A stretch of DNA of 41,471 nt from an uncultured bacterium (lineage in GTDB: Bacteria; SAR324; NAC60-12). Positions 38,724-41,471 of this stretch are shown here, in pieces. The stretch's first letter is position 1, and each line of letters starts with the position of its first letter. Location of the stretch: the NCBI GenBank assembly GCA_964010765.1, contig CAXGMD010000020.1, positions 1 through 41,471 of the forward strand. Direction: 5' to 3'. The notes under the pieces are model-generated. The model was not told the origin of the DNA. It saw nothing but the letters and a program-made list of their open reading frames with translations, and ran no database searches. A program made the position numbers and the translations under genes.

Positions 38724-39230
38724 GTGGAAGAAAACGATAACAAGCAACTAATCGCAGATATGTATGGAGCCATGAACAAGAATGTACTTGGCCTGATGAA
38801 GAAATATTGGTTTGAAGACATGGTTTGGGAAGGGCCCGCTGGAGTGGGTACCAAACATGGATTGCAAGAGTTTGAAGAAGACTACCGTCGAGATTTCATC
38901 AATGCCTTCCCAGACAAGCATGCTACGGATTTGGTGCGTGTTGCTGAGGGGGATTGGGTAGCTGGAGCTGGTCATCAAGACACTACTTTTGCCAATTCAT
39001 GGCTGGGTATTCCACCGACCGGCCAGAAGATTCGCATTCGCTATATGGATTTTTGGAGGATTGCCAAAGATGAGTCAACTGGAGAAAGAAAACTCGCTGA
39101 AAATCTTGTGTTGATCGATATTTTGGGGGTCCTCGAACAAGCTGGTTATGATGTTGAAAAAGTCCTTAAGTTCGTTGGCTCTAAATCCCCTCAATTTTTT
39201 TTGAACCCTCCAGAATCAGATAATGAATGA
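38724..39230 (+). CDS. SnoaL-like / ester cyclase family protein (single domain)
   Basis: WEGPAG, AFPD, AEGDWV, WLGIPPTG, DFWR, EN.VLID..GVLEQ.G; GTG start. Confidence 0.8.
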   Translation: MEENDNKQLIADMYGAMNKNVLGLMKKYWFEDMVWEGPAGVGTKHGLQEFEEDYRRDFINAFPDKHATDLVRVAEGDWVAGAGHQDTTFANSWLGIPPTGQKIRIRYMDFWRIAKDESTGERKLAENLVLIDILGVLEQAGYDVEKVLKFVGSKSPQFFLNPPESDNE

Positions 39231-40279
39231 GCATATTTAAATTCAATAGTGAGCTAAATCAGCAGCATAAACAGTTAGTTTGGGACTATTGGCATAACGC
39301 AGCCTGGCAAAATCCTGCGGACATTCAAAAGCATCTGCTGCAATACCAGAATCAGGATGCCAATTGGTTTGGTTTTTCGCCGTTCAACCAATTGTCTTCA
39401 CCAACTGCACAGGTTGATGAATTTTGGCTTCCGCTCTACAAGGCGTTCTCGGATCTTCAGCGGCAGACCCATATCTTTATCGGGGGCAGTTCCAGTGGCA
39501 AAGCCGATGGCAGTCCAGATAATCGTTACTGGGTGGGAGGAACTGGGCTTTTCAAGGGGGTGTTTCAACAAGATTGGCAAATCAGTCACTTAAGAATTCC
39601 TGCCAACCAGCAACCTATCCAGATCCGTTGGGCAGAATTCTGTCGATTTGAAGAAGCAAGGATTGTTGAGACTTACCTGATGCTCGATCTCGTTGATTTC
39701 TTTGAACAGATCGGGCATCCCATTCTGCCACCCTGTAGGGGAGTGCCAGGAATTTACCCAGTACCGATTACTCAAGATGGGGTGCTGAGAGACATGCAGG
39801 AACAAGCTGTTACCGAGGCGAGTCTTCAATTGATTCGAGATTTCCTGTTTGAGGGCCTGAACCTTTATGATCAACATAACCTCAAAAGTATGGGGGTTGC
39901 GGACTTTTTTCATCAGGATGTCAAATGGTACGGTCCCGGAGGAATTGGCGGTTGTCTCAGTCTGAAAGCTTTTGAGGATAACCATCAAAAACCTTGGCTG
40001 ATTGCTTTTCCAGACCGCAAAGTTTGTGACTTGGATTCGCTCTTTGCTGAAGGAAACTACGTTGCTAGTTCTGGTTGGAAGGGGGTAATAGCCAAACATA
40101 CTGGGCCATACCTTGGACATCCTGCAAGTGACAAGGATATCTGCTTCAACGGTATCGATTTCTGGAGAAGCGAATCCGGGAAGTACGTCGAAAACTGGGT
40201 CTTTGTAGACATGATCCATCTGTTTGGACAGATGGGAATTGATCTATTAAAACGCTTGAATTTTGAGGGAGAGCGCTGA
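39227..40279 (+). CDS. SnoaL-like / ester cyclase family protein (two domains)
   Basis: N-domain AFSDL...IPA...F.RFEE.RIVE...D; C-domain WYGPGGIG, AFPD, AEGNYV, HTGPYLG.PAS, DFWR, ENWVFVD. Confidence 0.8.
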   Translation: MSIFKFNSELNQQHKQLVWDYWHNAAWQNPADIQKHLLQYQNQDANWFGFSPFNQLSSPTAQVDEFWLPLYKAFSDLQRQTHIFIGGSSSGKADGSPDNRYWVGGTGLFKGVFQQDWQISHLRIPANQQPIQIRWAEFCRFEEARIVETYLMLDLVDFFEQIGHPILPPCRGVPGIYPVPITQDGVLRDMQEQAVTEASLQLIRDFLFEGLNLYDQHNLKSMGVADFFHQDVKWYGPGGIGGCLSLKAFEDNHQKPWLIAFPDRKVCDLDSLFAEGNYVASSGWKGVIAKHTGPYLGHPASDKDICFNGIDFWRSESGKYVENWVFVDMIHLFGQMGIDLLKRLNFEGER

Positions 40280-41247
40280 TGTCAGCACCAGAATTGGAAT
40301 TTGCTGATCTGACAGATTTTATTCTGAGGATCACCGAGAGAATTTGGGAAGAGAGGCACGTTGAAGACATCCGCAAATACTACACTGCGGATTGTCGGGT
40401 AGAGACACCAGCAGGGGTTACTTCGAATGTGGAAGCAGTCATTCAATCCACTTTGGAAACGTTGAATCAGTTTCCTGACCGTCAACTGCTGGGTGAAGAT
40501 GTAATCTGGTCCGAAGACCAACCTGAATATTTCTACTCTTCTCATCGAATCTTCTCCACCATGACTCACCTTGGCGAGGGGAACTTTGGCAAAGGTACCG
40601 GAGCAAAAATTGGTGTTAGGACGATTGCTGACTGTGCTGTCTACAAAAATCAGATTTACGATGAATGGCTTGTTAGAGATCATGCAGCAATCCTGAGCGA
40701 TATAGGTCTGCCACTACAAGAAGTTGCGCTTTCACTGGCGGAAGCAAGAGCTGAATCTGGGCAGAAACCTATTCACTTCCATAGTCTTGAGAATCGACCA
40801 AAAGTTGACGGAATAAACTTGTCAGACACAGATGCTGCTCAGCATTATCTCCGAGGTTACAGAAGCTTGTTTGATGAATACGCCTTCGGCTGGGTTAAAG
40901 AGAGCTATGACAGGGCTGCACAAATTTATGCTCCAGGGGGGATAAATCTTCAGGGCTGGGACAGGATAACCGATTTCTGGTTGGGACTCAGAGCCAGTTT
41001 AGGTCAAGTAAAGTTTACAGCCGACCACTTGATTCATCGTGAGGATCCAAGAGAGCCTCAGCGGCTCGCCCTGCGCTGGACTGTAACCGGACAGCATGAA
41101 GGAAGAGGCCGATATGGAGAACCACGAGGCAACCCACTTCATTTTTTGGGTATCAGTCACGCAGAATTACGCAAAGGAAAGATTTTACGCGAATGGGTTT
41201 TGCTGGATGAACTGGCAATTTGGCAGCAAATTTTTTCTAAATTTTGA
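40279..41247 (+). CDS. SnoaL-like / NTF2-fold protein (two domains)
   Basis: IWEER, FPDRQLLGEDVIW, THLGEGNFGKGTG, DEWLVRD; second domain RWTVTGQHEG.G.YG.P.G...REW.LLDE. Confidence 0.78.
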   Translation: MSAPELEFADLTDFILRITERIWEERHVEDIRKYYTADCRVETPAGVTSNVEAVIQSTLETLNQFPDRQLLGEDVIWSEDQPEYFYSSHRIFSTMTHLGEGNFGKGTGAKIGVRTIADCAVYKNQIYDEWLVRDHAAILSDIGLPLQEVALSLAEARAESGQKPIHFHSLENRPKVDGINLSDTDAAQHYLRGYRSLFDEYAFGWVKESYDRAAQIYAPGGINLQGWDRITDFWLGLRASLGQVKFTADHLIHREDPREPQRLALRWTVTGQHEGRGRYGEPRGNPLHFLGISHAELRKGKILREWVLLDELAIWQQIFSKF

Positions 41248-41280
41248 GTTGGTCAATTTACTTTCGGACAGGAATTTCTG

Positions 41281-41471
41281 ATGGATATTGTTCGCTTCAA
41301 TGAACTGATCCCCTGTCGCACCGCCTTCATCGATGCGCACACCCCAGGTTCGGATCAGAAAGAAAATTACACCATCATTGGCGCAGGGGTCTCAGAATCA
41401 CCTGATCAGCACGTTCATCTCAGTAAAACTCCCGGTTTCAATATTGGGGCAGCCGCACAACCTGCAGGGTG
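41281..41471 (+). CDS. Probable cupin-domain protein (3' truncated by window)
   Basis: Not in the supplied ORF track. Hand translation MDIVRFNELIPCRTAFIDAHTPGSDQKENYTIIGAGVSESPDQHVHLSKTPGFNIGAAAQPAG is open to the window end; AGGA upstream. The cupin call is from recalled similarity; the metal motif lies beyond the window. Confidence 0.6.
   Translation, partial: MDIVRFNELIPCRTAFIDAHTPGSDQKENYTIIGAGVSESPDQHVHLSKTPGFNIGAAAQPAG

Noticed and set aside
39590..40219. Long antisense ORFs (209 aa here; also 28607-29137, 29768-30277, 37432-37983, 23616-24053)
   Set aside because: They lie essentially within well-supported genes on the opposite strand and show no motifs; treated as shadow ORFs.
38724..41247. 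SnoaL genes as evidence of a polyketide biosynthetic cluster
   Set aside because: No PKS, ACP or exporter in the window; flanking genes are importers with a LacI repressor. Genes beyond the window end cannot be excluded.
1..41471. Mobile elements, CRISPR arrays, rRNA/tRNA genes
   Set aside because: No transposase or catalytic integrase ORF, no spaced direct repeats, and intergenic gaps are short with no recognisable RNA gene.

Overview
Gene-dense bacterial chromosome segment with about 42% GC in spot-checked lines. Gene content and protein style suggest a marine deltaproteobacterial-type organism such as SAR324 (inference only). Positions 1-26.5 kb are mostly housekeeping and envelope genes: Na/Pi cotransporter (partial), LysM amidase, smpB, dprA, YfcH-like protein, glgX, and an ~11.5 kb co-oriented run (hypothetical, TPR-SLH lipoprotein, NtrC-type regulator, hisE, degenerate OYE, hom, mreC-mreD-mrdA-maf, outer-membrane channel). 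These are followed by acetoacetate-CoA ligase, a sirtuin, queG, a GT2 and a patatin. From 26.6 kb to the window end lies a self-contained, apparently uncharacterised catabolic locus. Two CUT1 ABC importers lie in opposite arms of a divergent control region carrying a perfect 16-bp palindrome. The locus also encodes a non-biosynthetic HisD/HpsN-like dehydrogenase, a LacI regulator, a COG3618-type lactonase-like amidohydrolase, three consecutive SnoaL/NTF2-fold proteins (about five domains) and a truncated probable cupin. This locus is the best candidate for an undescribed system. No rRNA, tRNA, CRISPR array or transposase was recognised. All family calls come from motif recognition, not database searches.
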